Source of the DNA: Squalus acanthias
Lineage: Eukaryota
Length of the DNA: 64,000 bases
NCBI GenBank assembly: GCA_030390025.1
Contig: CM059432.1
Span: 48,424,001 to 48,488,000, forward strand
Direction of reading: 5' to 3'
Within the stretch, counting starts at the first letter, position 1. Every line of letters begins with the position of its first letter. Under the pieces are notes generated by a model. That model saw only the letters and a list, made by a program, of their open reading frames with translations. It did no database searches and was not told the origin of the DNA. Positions 48,979 through 61,803 of this stretch are shown in pieces. The translations under genes and the position numbers were made by a program.

Positions 48979-51114
48979 CATAAACGAATAAAAAAAAAAT
49001 TAATGCTTGCCTTTTCTCAACACTGTAACTTCTTGCACCAAGGTAATTACTGGCAACATGATGCTATGGTGTTGCTTGTGATTTTCTGCCCCTGCTCTGG
49101 TCTGCATTATCCAGCTTTGTACATCTGTACTCACGGTTTCCAAAAAATCCTAAATCATGCAAATTCAGCCGAACAATGGTTTCTACTATCCTGCTATATT
49201 AAATCATAGAATAGTACAGCACAGAAGGAGGACATTTGGCCCATCGAGTCTGCGCCAGCTCTTTCGAAGAACAACCCACTCCCCTGCTCTTTCCCCATAT
49301 CCCAAATGATTTCTCCTTCAAAAATGAACTTGAAACTAAAATAACCGAAGCAGCATCAAGCCAAGTGCACATTAGTGCTAAATTTCAGTGAGGTCAAACT
49401 CTGTCTACTCACTCAGCTGTCTTTTCACTTCACAGGTCTCTCACAACTAAATATTTCCCAGTCTACTGAGACTCCCTCATTTTTTTTGGTAAATAGCTTA
49501 ATTTTTGTTTCCAGTAAAATACTTCAGTAGCAGATACTTCCGTAGAAACTGGTTTCAAACCAGTCGCCTTTAATAAGACCAAAGGCTGAAACTCAACCCC
49601 CCAAAAACGAGTGGGTTGGCGTCGGGTGAGACGTTAAACCCGACCCCAAACACACTCACTTCCGGGTTTAACGGAGGCGGGACAAGGGGCAGGCAACCAA
49701 CCCACTCCCAGGAGGCGGGTTGGCCAATTAAATATTTTAGTGAGGCTGGCAGCCTCTGATTTAACCTGCTTTGAGGTTATGGATCAGACCCCCCCTCCAT
49801 AACGTTCTCACTAGCAGTGGCAGGCAACTTACATGCGGCTGCGGCCTCCTTGGAGTCCACTCCGCTTGACTGGAAGCCAAGCCTGTTAAAACAATCCCTC
49901 TTTTTTCATAATTACAAATATAGCAACCAGTTTTGGGTTTAGTATGCAATCCTTTTATTTGTTTACAGCACCTTTTACCATTGCATTTATAACTTTGAAA
50001 TGCTTCAAGTATAAATATAACTAGCTTGTTAATAACTGCAATTGATGCTAATTATTCCATGAAAGCCAGTTATGCATCAAAATGTAAATACAAATTTAAC
50101 AAACATAGGTTTAGTCAAAGTGTCATCTTTTAAAAAAGAAACATAAACGAACATAAACATTTTAAATAACAAACATTTTAAATAAGACAAAGTGCTTTTG
50201 GTAATAAGAACTCAATAAAGGGCACAGTGTGTGATGTGATGAATTGCAATCTTTTGCCATCCATTCTCATAATAAATTTTGCCATCCATTCAAACAAACC
50301 TGTGCTTGGAAGTTTAGTAAATATACTTTCATGAAAAGAACACCTGTGAAGCATAAGGGCAAGATCACAGCAAAACTTTGTTAGAGAGAACGGGTTTAAA
50401 ATATTGTCATTCAAAAGTACTCTGCAAACAAAGCAAATTGGATTTTGAACATTTGATTACAAAATTGATTAAGGGCAGTGTAACCCTAAAAGAAAGCTTA
50501 TGACTATAGCTGCAAGACGGAATGTTATTGGATATTGTCTATCTTTACTCTCTGAATCAGCTATGAAACATTGGCAATAGGCAACCCAATGATTATCTGC
50601 CCACAATGCGATTTGCTTCATGGAAATGCTCTTGGGAATCGATAAGCAATCTTGTCAAAGAAGGCTGAAAGGATCAGTTAAGAGGAAGAGGAAAAAAATC
50701 AAATCTTTTCTCATGAAGAAAAATTATCTTTAGAATTTTGTGAAAAGGCACAGCACATCAAAACTGCTTGAATAGATCATACCGTTTCATTTTCTGGCAA
50801 AACAACTTGTATATATATATATATATATATAAAGAGCACGTTCAACGTAGTAAAACATCCCAAGGCGCTTCACAGGAGCGTAATCAGACAAAAATTGATA
50901 CGGAGCCAAAGAAGGAGATATTAGGATGGAAGACTAAAAGCGTGGTCAAATAGGTTTAAACGGACATCTTAAAAAGAAGAGACAGAGGTAGAGAGGATAA
51001 AGAAGGGATTTGCAGAGCTTAAGGACGAAACGACTCAAGGCGAGGCCACCAATGGCAGGGTGAAGGGAGTGGGGGATGCGCAAGACGCTAGAGTTGGAGG
51101 AACTCAAGTCTTGA

Positions 51115-51554
51115 AACATAAGAAATAAGAGGAGTAGGCCATATGGCCCCTCGAGCCTGCTCCGCCGTTCAATAAGATCATGGCTGATTAACTCCACTTT
51201 CCCGCCCGATCTCCATATCCCTTGATTCCTCTAGAGTCCAAAAATCTATCTATCTCAAGTTTGAATATATTCAAAGACAGCATTCACAGCCCTCTGGGGC
51301 AGAGAATTCCAAAGATTCACAACCCTCTGAGTGAAGAAATTCTTCCTCATCTCAGTCTTAAATGGCCTACCCCTTATCCTCAGATTATGCCCCCTAGTTC
51401 TCGACACTCCAGCCAGGGGAAACAACCTCTCAGCATCTACCCTGTCAATCACCTTCAGAATCTTGTATGTTTCAATGAGATCACCTCTCATTCTTCTAAA
51501 CTCCAGAGTATAGGCCCATTCTACACAATCTCTCATCATAGGACAGCCCTCTCA
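51115..51554 (-). mobile_element. CR1 3' fragment, same subfamily as 1436-2086
   Basis: Shares the variant gctgtgaatgctgtctttgaatatattcaaac with that copy. Confidence 0.92.
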
Positions 51555-54500
51555 TAGAAACATAGACATAGAAACATAGAAAATAGGTACAGGAGTAGAT
51601 CATTCGGTCCTTCGAGCCTGCACCGCCATTCAATGCGTTCATGGCTGAACATGCTACCTCAGTACCCCATTCCTGCTTTCTCGCCATACCCCTTGATCCC
51701 CTTAGTTGTGAGTGTTATATCTAACTCCCTTTTGAATATATTTAGCGAACTGGCCTCAACAACCTTCTGTGGAAGAGAATTCCATAGATTCACCACTCTC
51801 TGGGTGAAGAAGTTCCTCCTCAGCTCAGTCCTAAATGGCTTCCCCTTAATCCTTAGACTGTGACCCCTGGTTCTAGTTTTCCCTACCATTGGGAACATTC
51901 TGCCCGCATCTAATTTGTCTAAACCAGTCAGGATTTTAAATGTCTCTATAAGATCCCCCCTCATTCTTCTGAACTCCAGAGGATACAAGTTCAGTTGACC
52001 CAATCTTTCTTGATATGTCAGTCCGGCCATCCCAGGAATCAATCTAGTGAACCTTCGCTGCACTCCCTCAATAGCAAGAATGTCCTTCCTTAAGTTAGGA
52101 GACCAAAACTGCGCACAATACTCCAGGTGTGGCCTCACCAAGGCCCTGTACAACTGTAGCATCACCTCCCTACTCCTGTACTCAAATCCCCTTGCTATGA
52201 AGGCCATCATTCCGTTTGCTTTCTTGACTGCCTGCTGCACTTGCATTCCCACCTTCAGTGACTGATGTACCATGACGCCCAGGTCTCGTTGCACGTCCCC
52301 TTTCCCTAATCTGCCACCATTCAGGTAATAGTCCGCCTCTCTATTTTTACCACCAAAGTGGAAAACTTTAAAAGGCAGCAAAAAATAACAAAAAGATTGA
52401 TTAAGAAAGGGAAGATAGATTATGAAAGTAAATTAGCAAAAAATATAAAAACAGATAGTAAGAGTTTTTATAGTTATATAAAAAGAAAAAGGGTGGCTAA
52501 AGTAAATGTTGGTCCCTTAGAGGATGAGACCGGGAAATTAATGGTGGGAAATATGGAGATGGCAAAAACACTGAATGAATATTTTGTATCAGTCTTTACA
52601 GTAGAGGACACTAAGAATATCCCAACACTGGACAAACAGGGGGCTATAGGGGGAGAGGAGCTAAACACGATCAAAATCACTAAGGAAGTGGTACTCGGTA
52701 AAATAATGGGACTCAAGGCGGATAAATCACCTGGACCTGATGGCTTACATCCTAGAGTCTTGAAGGAAGTGGCGGTAGGGATTGTAGATGCATTGGTAAT
52801 AATTTTTCAAAACTCCCTGGATTCCGCTAAGGTCCCGGCAGACTGGAAAACTGCTAATGTAACACCCTTATTTAAAAAGGGCAGTAGACAAAAGGCTGGT
52901 AACTATAGACCGGTTAGCCTAACATCTGTGGTAGGTAAAATTTTGGAGTCCATTATTAAGGAAACAGTAACAAGACATTTGGATAATCATAATTTAATAG
53001 GACAAAGTCAGCATGGTTTTACGAAGGGGAAGTCATGTTTGACAAATTTGCTGGAGTTCTTTGAGGAAGTAACATATAGAGTGGATAAAGGGGAACCAGT
53101 GGACGTAGTGTATTTAGACTTCCAAAAGGCATTTGACAAGGTGCCACACAAAAGATTATTGCTTAAGGTAAAAAATCACGGGATTGGGGGTAATATTCTG
53201 GCATGGATAGAGGATTGGCTATCTAACAGAAAGCAAAGAGTTGGGATAAATGGTTCATTCTCAGACTGGCAATCAGTAACTAGTGGTGTTCCACAGGGGT
53301 CAGTGCTGGGTCCCCAACTCTTCACAATCTATATTAACGATTTGGAGGAAGGGACCAAGTGTAACATATCAAAATTTGCAGATGATACAAAGATGGGAGG
53401 GAAAGTAGTGAGTGAGGAGGACATAAAAAACCTGCAAGGGGACATAGACAGGCTAAGTAAGTGGGCAGAGATTTGGCAGATGGAATACAGCACTGGAAAG
53501 TGTGAGGTGATGCACTTTGGCAGGAAAAATCCTAGAGCAATTTATTATCTTAATGGCAAGAAACTGGAGAGTACTGAAGTGCAAAGGGATCTGGGGGTCC
53601 TGGTGCACGAAACTCAAAAGGTTAGTATGCAGGTGCAGCAAGTGATTAAGAAGGCAAATGGAATGTTGGCTTTCATTGCTAGGGGGATAGAATATAAAAA
53701 TAGGGAGGTATTGCTTCAGTTGTACAAGGTATTGGTGAGACCGCACCTGGAATACTGCATACAGTTTTGGTGTCCTTACTTAAGGAAAGACATCCTTGCT
53801 CTCGAGGCAGTGCAAAAAAGGTTCACTCGGTTAATCCCGGAGATGAGGGGGTGGTCATATGAGGAGAGGTTGGGTAGATTGGGACTCTACTCATTGGAGT
53901 TCAGAAGAATGAGAGGCGATCTTATTGAAACATATAAGATTGTGAAGGGGTTGGATCGGGTGGATGCGGGGAGGATGTTCCCGATGACGGGTGAGACGAG
54001 AACTAGGGGACATAGTCTTAGAATAAGGGGCTGCTCTTTCAAAACTGAGATGAGGAGGAACTACTTCACTCAGAGGGTGGTAGGTCCATGGAATATGCTG
54101 CCACAAAAAGCTGTAGAAGCTACAACATTAATTAAATTTAAAACAGAAATAGACAGTTTCCTAGAAGTAAAGGGCATTAAGGGTTACGGGGAGCGGGCAG
54201 GAATTTGGACATGAGTCTAGGTTCGGATCGGTCATGGCCCTGTGGGTAGTGGAGCGGGCCCAGGGACTGTGTAGCCTGATTCTGCTCCTATTTCGTGTGT
54301 GCAATTCTGTTAGATGCAGGAGATGTTTCTGTGATAGATAGTAGATTGGCGGTTAGGATCAGATCAGCCATGATCTTATTGAATGGCGGAGCAGGCTCGA
54401 TGGGCCGATTGGCCTACTCCTGCTCCTATTTCTTATGTTCTTATGTTCTTATAACCTCACATTTATCCACATTGTACTTCATCTGCCATACATTTGCCCA

Positions 54501-56160
54501 TTCACCCAACCTGTCCAAGTCACTCTGTAGCCTCCTAGCATCCTCCTCATTGTTCACACTGCCTCCCAATTTAGTGTCATCCGCAAATTTGGAGATATTA
54601 CATTTAATCCCTTCGTCCAAATCATTAATATATAATGTAAACAGCTGGGGTCCCAGCACCGAACCCTGCGGTACCCCACTGGTCACTGCCTGCCATTCTG
54701 AAAAGTACCCATTTACTCCTACTCTTTGTTTCCTGTGTGCCAACCAGTTCTCAATCCACATCAACACATTACCCCCAATCCCATGTGCTTTAACTTTGCT
54801 CACCAATCTCTTGTGTGGGACCTTGTCGAAGGCCTTCTGAAAGTCCAAATACACCACATCTACTGGTTCCCCCCTGTCCACCCTATTGGAAACATCCTCA
54901 AAAAATTCCAGAAGATTTGTCAAGCATGATTTCCCTTTCACAAATCCATGCTGACTTGGACCTATCATGTCGCCACTTTCCAAATGGTCTGTTATGACAT
55001 CTTTAATAATTGCTTCCATCATTTTACCCACGACCGATGTCAGGCTGACCGGTCTATAATTCCCTGCTTTCTCCCTCCCTCCTTTTTTAAAAAGAGGGGT
55101 TACATTGGCCACCCTCCACTCCATCGGAACTGATCCAGAGTCTAAGGAATGTTGGAAAATGATCGTCAATGCATCCACTATTTCCAAGGCCACCTCCTTA
55201 AGTACTCTGGGATGCAGACCATCAGGCCCCGGGGATTTTTCAGCCTTCAGTCCCATCAATTTCCCCAATACCTTTTCCCGACTAATAAGGATTTCCCTCA
55301 GCTCCTCCCTCTTACCAGATCCTCTGACCCCTTTTATTTTCGGCAGGTTGTGTGTGTCCTCCACAGTAAACACCGAACCAAAGTACTTGTTCAATTGATC
55401 CGCCATTTCCTTGTTCCCCATTACGACTTCCCCTGTTTCCGACTGCAGGGGACCTACGTTTGTTTTTACTAACCTCTTTCTTTTTACATATTTATAGAAG
55501 CTTTTGCAGTCCATTTTAATGTTCTCTGCAAGCTTCCTTTCATATTTTATTTTCCCTGCCCTAATCAAACCCTTCGTCCTCCTCTGCTGAGTTTTGAAGT
55601 TCTCCCAGTCCCCGGGTTTGCTGCTCCTTCTGGCCAATTTGTATGCAACTTCCTTGGTTTTAATACTATCCCTGATTTCCCTTGTTAGCCATGGTTGAGC
55701 CACCTTCCCTTTTTTATTTTTATGCCAGACCGGGATGTACAATTGTTGTAGTTCATCCATGCGATCTCTAAATGTCTGCCATTGCCCTTCCACTGATAGC
55801 CCCTTAAATATCGCTTGCCAATTTAACCTCGCCAATTCACGCCTCATACCCTCAAAGTTGCCCTTATTTAAGTTCTGGACCATGGTCTCTGACTTAACTG
55901 TTTCCTTCTCCATCCTAATGTAGAACTCCACCATACTATGGTCACTCTTCCCCAGGGGGCCTCGTACCACAAGATTGCTGATTAGTCCCTCCTCATTACA
56001 CAACACCCAGTCCAGGATGGCCTCCCCTCGAGTTGGTTCCTCAACATATTGGTTTAGGAAACCATCCCTTAAACACTCCAGGAAATCCTCCTCCACCGTA
56101 TTGCTTCCAGTTTGAGTAGCCCAATCTATATGCATATTAAAGTCACCCATGATAACTGCC
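51555..56160 (-). mobile_element. Young CR1 (ORF2 of about 800 codons when rejoined) split at 52361/54451
   Basis: KCEVI|HFGGK rejoins in frame; no stops from AVIMGDFN to GYGEKAGMGY*. Confidence 0.95.
52359..54450 (+). mobile_element. Young CR1, 5' truncated, 618-codon open RT frame, inserted antiparallel into another CR1
   Basis: Complete RT motif set; (TTCTTATG)n tail; no TSD. Confidence 0.96.
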
Positions 56161-56567
56161 GTGGAAGGTTGGAGGTTAAAGACATAGGGAGTGGCGAGGT
56201 CATGGAGGGATTTGAACACAAGAATGAGCATTTTAAAATTTAAAATTGAGGTATTGCCAGGAGCCAATGTAGGTTAGCGAGTACAGCGGTGATGAGCGAT
56301 GCAGTTTTGGATGAGTTCAAGTTTATGGAGGGTGGAAGATTAGAGGACGGCCAAGAGAGCATCGCAATAGTCAAGTCTGGAGGGAACAAAAGCATGGATG
56401 AGAGTTTCAGCAGCAGATGATAATATTAAATTCATCTTTTTGCCATTTTTTAGGACTGTCCTTGTCCTAATGAAGTAGCAATATGTTCCAAAACTGGTTA
56501 CCATATAATTTCTCCAAACTAACAAAACACTACAACTTCTGCATCTTTAAACCTCAAGAATCACAAT

Positions 56568-57341
56568 GAGCCAAATCTTACTGGAAAAATAATAGCGTGT
56601 TAACAACGCACGCTGTTATTAATGCCTAAATTGGCCAGCAAGTTCAGGGGATTAAGGGATACATGTGAATTGCGAATTTCCAGAACTTGCTGGTCGATTT
56701 ACACCACTCCACTGTTTTCTTCGCACAAACAGCATTTCGCCCGTAGCCTCAAGTTATTTTTAAGAACTTGTTAAGAATTTGCACATTAATTGCCCATTAA
56801 ACTCATTGCAGAAAGTTAGGGCTGGTAATTAAGAGCGCACAAGTAGCCTTTTAACAACCCGATAATTGTTAATGTAATGCCAATCAATCTCTCTGGCCCA
56901 GAAAGGGAACAATTTAAACTGTTCCGTCTCATTCCTGTATGTAGTGAATTCTTCTTAGGGATTTAAAAAACGTTAATTTTTTTTAAATTTCTTACTTTTC
57001 CATTCTGTCTTTTTTTTTCTCTCTCTCTTAATCCAATCTTCTTTTCCCTCTATTTCTCTTTCTGTACCTGATTTGACTCTAATTCACCCACTCTAATTCA
57101 CCCTCCTCCTCCATTGTTCCTCTGTTTCTTTCTCAATTCTTAAATCTCATTGGTTAAGGAGATACACTGTGGGTCCCGCCGTTCACTAATGTCCCAGATG
57201 CCCCGTTGCCCTCGCCACGCCATAATCAGCTCGCACTTTCAACAAGTTGCGGCGCAAAAATGAGCTGATGAGTGCAAGAAAAAGTCGAACTAACGGCGTA
57301 TGCCGCGAGACGCCCCGCCCCGCCCCAGTAAGATTTGGCCC
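56568..57341. mobile_element. Harbinger-type MITE
   Basis: TIRs GAGCCAAATCTTACTGG / CCAGTAAGATTTGGCCC; 3-bp TSD AAT. Confidence 0.88.
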
Positions 57342-58397
57342 AATTGTATCTATTTTTCTTTTCTTCATACATGCCTCTCTTTGCTGCCTTCCATAACAGC
57401 ATAGTTAAGATTTCTAAATGGAAAATCACAGGCACATAAACATGTCCAACCACACTGCAACACAATGGAGCACCAGACTGCACATTTCTCTGCTTGTTCT
57501 TCGCTACAACACTGTCAGCAGTGCTAAACACCATAAGTAATTTTATATAACATAGCAATGCTCTCCCACATAACAACAGTGACTACACTTGAAGGTAATT
57601 CATTGTATGATTAAGAGCTTTGGGACATTTCATAGAGAGCAAGTAGCTATATAAATACAAGTTTTGTATGAAAAACCATCTTAACCTAGGTCATAAAGGT
57701 TACCAAGGAACCAGTCAGGCTGGTACTTTGGAAAGTTGTCCATGAACTTGACAGGCCAGTAGAAAATATCTAACCAACATATATGCTGTGACCTGTATAT
57801 TTCACACCATTACTCGAAAATAATGCAAATAAAAGATTGATCATATCAGTAAGAGTTTCAGTAACAATGTGCTTTGTGACGTATACCAAATTAATTCATT
57901 TAGTCAATCAGCATGACTAGGCTGCACATTATCGCCACGTTTATTATGCCCTCCCACCACCACCCCATCCCCGGCAAGTTTCAAGCTCCCAATCAGAGGC
58001 AATATATCCACCAGGATTATTAAAATAAGGCTCACACCAGAACTTCAAACTGGGGGAGGCTGTCAGCCTACTCCACTTCTGGTGGGTGCAAATGGCATCC
58101 TATAGTCATGATGTTCACGATTTTTCCTGAGCAGAAAATCTAGGCCTTACTATCTAGGCCCAGACATGAAGAATGAGCACTTGGGAGAGGCACTGAAGGG
58201 TAGCCATATCCCGTGGAATTACACCACTAGACACCAGAACACCGCCAATAGATGGTTTCACCAACCCCCATTGTTCTGAGTGGACACCAATTTGTATTTG
58301 GAGGCTGAACAACAATATAATTCTCTACTTTATTCCAACAGGTAGTCTTCATTAACTTTTATAAGTGGAACAAGTGTAATTATGAGGTGATGCAATT

Positions 58398-58580
58398 TTA
58401 CATAGTATTTACAACACAGAAACAGGCTATTGGGCCCAACAGATACATGCCGGTGTCTATGCTCCACACGAGCCTCCTTCCACCCTACTTCATCTAACCC
58501 CATTAACATATCCTTCTATTCCTTTCCTCATGTGTTTATCCAGCTTCCCCTTAAATGCATCTATGCTAGTTGTCTCAACT
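58398..58580 (-). mobile_element. CR1 3' end
   Basis: SIDAFKGKLDKHMR motif plus 3' UTR. Confidence 0.8.
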
Positions 58581-58964
58581 AGAAAGTTCAAAGTTTTTGA
58601 TGTTTCATTGCTGCAAGATGTCCAAGCCCTCCACTTTGAGTGTGTGTTTGGGGCTGTAACGGCAGTCGTGCAGGTCGTCTTGCAATGCAGACCTGCCGAC
58701 AAGTAGGTTGTGCACCATCATTGGCCCTTCCTTTTAAGCGAGGGAAGCAGCCTCTGATGCCATTAGCAATGCGCTCCAAATTGTTCAGCGCTCTGCCGCT
58801 ACCGCCCCACTTTCGGACTTTAGCGCCCTAAGAGAAGTGAAGTGGTTAGCGCTTGATTTAGTGCTCCACTTCCCTCTTGGAGCGCTAAAGCTGAATTTCC
58901 CGGCAGGAAAGAATCATTAGCGCTTGGCGGTACTTTTTCTACTTTTCAAAAGTTAGCACCCAAT

Positions 58965-61470
58965 AGCCCTAGATGTTTTCTATTACAGGAAACTTTCGTT
59001 TATCCGGCACCCAAATATCCGGAATTCTCGCTTAACCGGCAAAAATCATCCTCCGAAAACTCCTCTCAAATAACCGGCAATGTTGCCGAGTCGCAGTCGA
59101 GTCTCCGCGAACGCCGAGTGCTCCGAAAACTCCTCTCAAATAACCGGCAATGTTGCCGATCCTGAGTCCGAGTCCGAGAACGCCGATTTAGTCAGTAGGG
59201 GTACTTTTCAAAAGTGCCACTACTCGGCCTCCTGGCGCTGTCGGAAGTCCGAAACACTGCAGTAGCAGGAGTTGATTCTCCCGCGCTGCCTGGAGTCTCT
59301 TTGTTAAAAATAGCCTCGGTAGATATAACTCTCCGTTATCCGGTACTTTCGATAAACCGGCACCACGCCGGTCCCGTCGATGCCGGATAAACGAAAGTTT
59401 CCTGTACATCATTGAATAAGGATTCCATTATCTTTCCTACCACCGACATGAAGCTAATTGGGCTATAGTTCCCTGGACTTGTTCTATTTCCCTTTTTAAA
59501 TATAGGAATCACATTATCTGTTTGACAGTCCTCTTCTATCTTAAATGTCTTTATATCTTTTTTGATCTCTTCTTCTAATGTCATATCCATCATGTTAGTC
59601 TCCCTGGTAAATACCGAGGCAAAGTAACTATTTAATATTTCTGCCATTTTGCTATTATTACCTGTGAGTTTATTGTGTGTATCCCTTAGTGGTCCTATCC
59701 CTATTTTTCTTTTGTTGTTTATGAGTCTGTAGAATAATTTTAAATTTCTTTTTATATTCCTTGATAATTTAATTTTGTAGTTTCTCTTTGCCTTCCCAAT
59801 TGTTTTTTTTTACTTCTTTCCTAATATTTTCCTATTCCCTTTTGTCATCCTCTCCTTTGTATACTTTTTTCTTTAGTTTCAAGTTTGCCCTTATTTCTTT
59901 ATTCATCCGTGGTGTGTTATTACTGGCTACTTTGTTCTTGCTTTTTGGTGGGAGATATTTCTCTTGGAATCTACTGACCACCATTTTAAATATTTCCCAC
60001 TGCTGTTCTATGTCTATGTTTGTCAGTAAATGTTTCCAGTTTACTTTCCCAGTTCCATTCTCAGACCCTTAAAATCAGCTTTTTTCCAATTTATTACTTT
60101 GGTCTTTATCTGAATCTTTATCTTAAACCTTATTATGCCGTGATCATTATTGCCTAGATGTTCTTCGCTTGTCTTTTCTGGTTTATTTCCCATGACTAGA
60201 TCCAGCAGTGCTCCATCTCTAGTTAGGCTTTTTACATACTGGATAAGAAAGGAGTCCTGTACAACTGTAAAAACTCCATTCCTTGTATCCCTTTCGCTTC
60301 TTCTTGCCAATTCATTTGGGGGTAGTTAAAATCTCCCATGAAGATTATTCTATATCCTTTACTCATTACACATATTTCTTCCTCCACCTCCTTTCCACGA
60401 TTAGGTGGTCTATAGTATACCCCTATTAGCGTGACCGATCCCTTCCTATCTTTTATTTCAATCCATATGGATTCTGTTTCTAACCTTCTGTTCGTTATGT
60501 CCCTTTTTTCTACTGCCATTATGTTGTCTCTAGCACAGGTATCCCACCCCCTTTTACCATCCCTATCCTTTCTGATTATGTGATAACCTGCAATATTTAG
60601 TTGCCAGTCCTGTTCTTTATGTAGCCATGTTTCAGTTACTCCTCCTACATCTGGTTCCTCGCCACGGATTATTGCCTCCAGTTCCCCCGTTTTATTCTGG
60701 ATGCTGTGTACATTGCTGTACAGGCAGTTTGTCTTTAATAACTGTTACTTTTACTTTATTTTTAACAGTTCTTTTATGCTTCTGTTTTATAACTGTATTT
60801 GTTCCCTGACCGTTTATGTTACCCTTGTCCCTTATCTTGGTCTGACCATTACTCTCATCTCCTATTTCTTTTATCTTCGGACTTAGGTTATTTTCAGCAG
60901 ATCCCTCTCTCCGGCTTACTAGTTTAAAGTCCTATCGACAGCCCTATTTGTCCTTTCCACTCCAGTCAGGTGGAGCTTGTCCCAGTGGTACAGCTCCTTC
61001 CTGTCCCAGTATTGGTGCCAGTGTCCCATGAAATGGAACCCCATCTTCCCACACCAGTCTTTCAGCCACGCTGTTTTTTAAATTTGGTACCGAACTTCTG
61101 ATATTCCCTTAGCAGGACCTCCTCTCTTTTCTTCCCTATGTCAACTGGATCTTCCCCCTCCCTTTCCAAATTCCTCTCCAGTTGCTCAGAGATATCCTTT
61201 ACCTTTGCACCAGGTAGGCAACACACCCTTCTGGAGTCTCAGTTGCTACTGCAGAGGATGCTATCTATCCTTCAAATTATCAAATTCCCAATGACTGCAA
61301 CCTTTCTATTTTGCTCTTTGGCCTGCCTCCTGCTCCACGGTGCTATGGTTAGCATTCTGGCTGTCCATCCCGCAGCCTACATCCTTATCCTCACAGGTAG
61401 CAAGTATATTGTACCTGTTGGACAGGATCAGTGTCTGCAGGACCTCATTCTCTATTTTCCCTTACCCTGC
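58965..61470 (-). mobile_element. Old CR1 5' half (ORF1 esterase, spacer, EN, start of RT)
   Basis: Degenerate CCLPGAK-like and GLHL-like ORF1 motifs; CLYSN, GVYYRPP, MGDFNYP and LDLVM EN motifs. Confidence 0.88.
58986..59404. mobile_element. Second copy of the pogo/Tigger-like MITE, opposite orientation to 47572
   Basis: TIRs CAGGAAACTTTCGTTTATCCGGCA; TA TSD. Confidence 0.9.
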
Positions 61471-61803
61471 TGACTAACAGTCACACTCTCTCCTTCCTGC
61501 ACCTGCACTCTGGAGAAATCTATTCAGCGGATAGTTGGATTTTATTCCTCAACATCTCTTCAAGCATTTCTCTTCCAAGGCAGATCTTGCATAATAACAT
61601 TAAACACATTCCTAAATCGACAAAAGTTCAAAATCAACAGTTGATTTATTTAAAGATATTTTGCTAATTTAATATGTAGTATACATAATGTATGTATAAT
61701 TTGCCCACCTTGTTGAACTACAAAAGATCTTTTATTTTAATAGTGGTCCAAAATTAGCCAGCCCTGTCTAAGTTGCATTGGGGAAAGCTGCTTCATATTC
61801 AAG

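Larger units (their letters stand above)
50800..56420 (-). mobile_element. L2-type fragment split into 50800-51113 and 56161-56420 by three CR1 insertions
   Basis: Both flanks match consecutive parts of the L2 3' region seen at 18798 and 30575. Confidence 0.75.

Noticed and set aside
54441..56267. 608-aa ORF with an unusual N-terminus
   Set aside because: The first 36 or so residues are L2 flank read in frame into a truncated CR1 ORF2.
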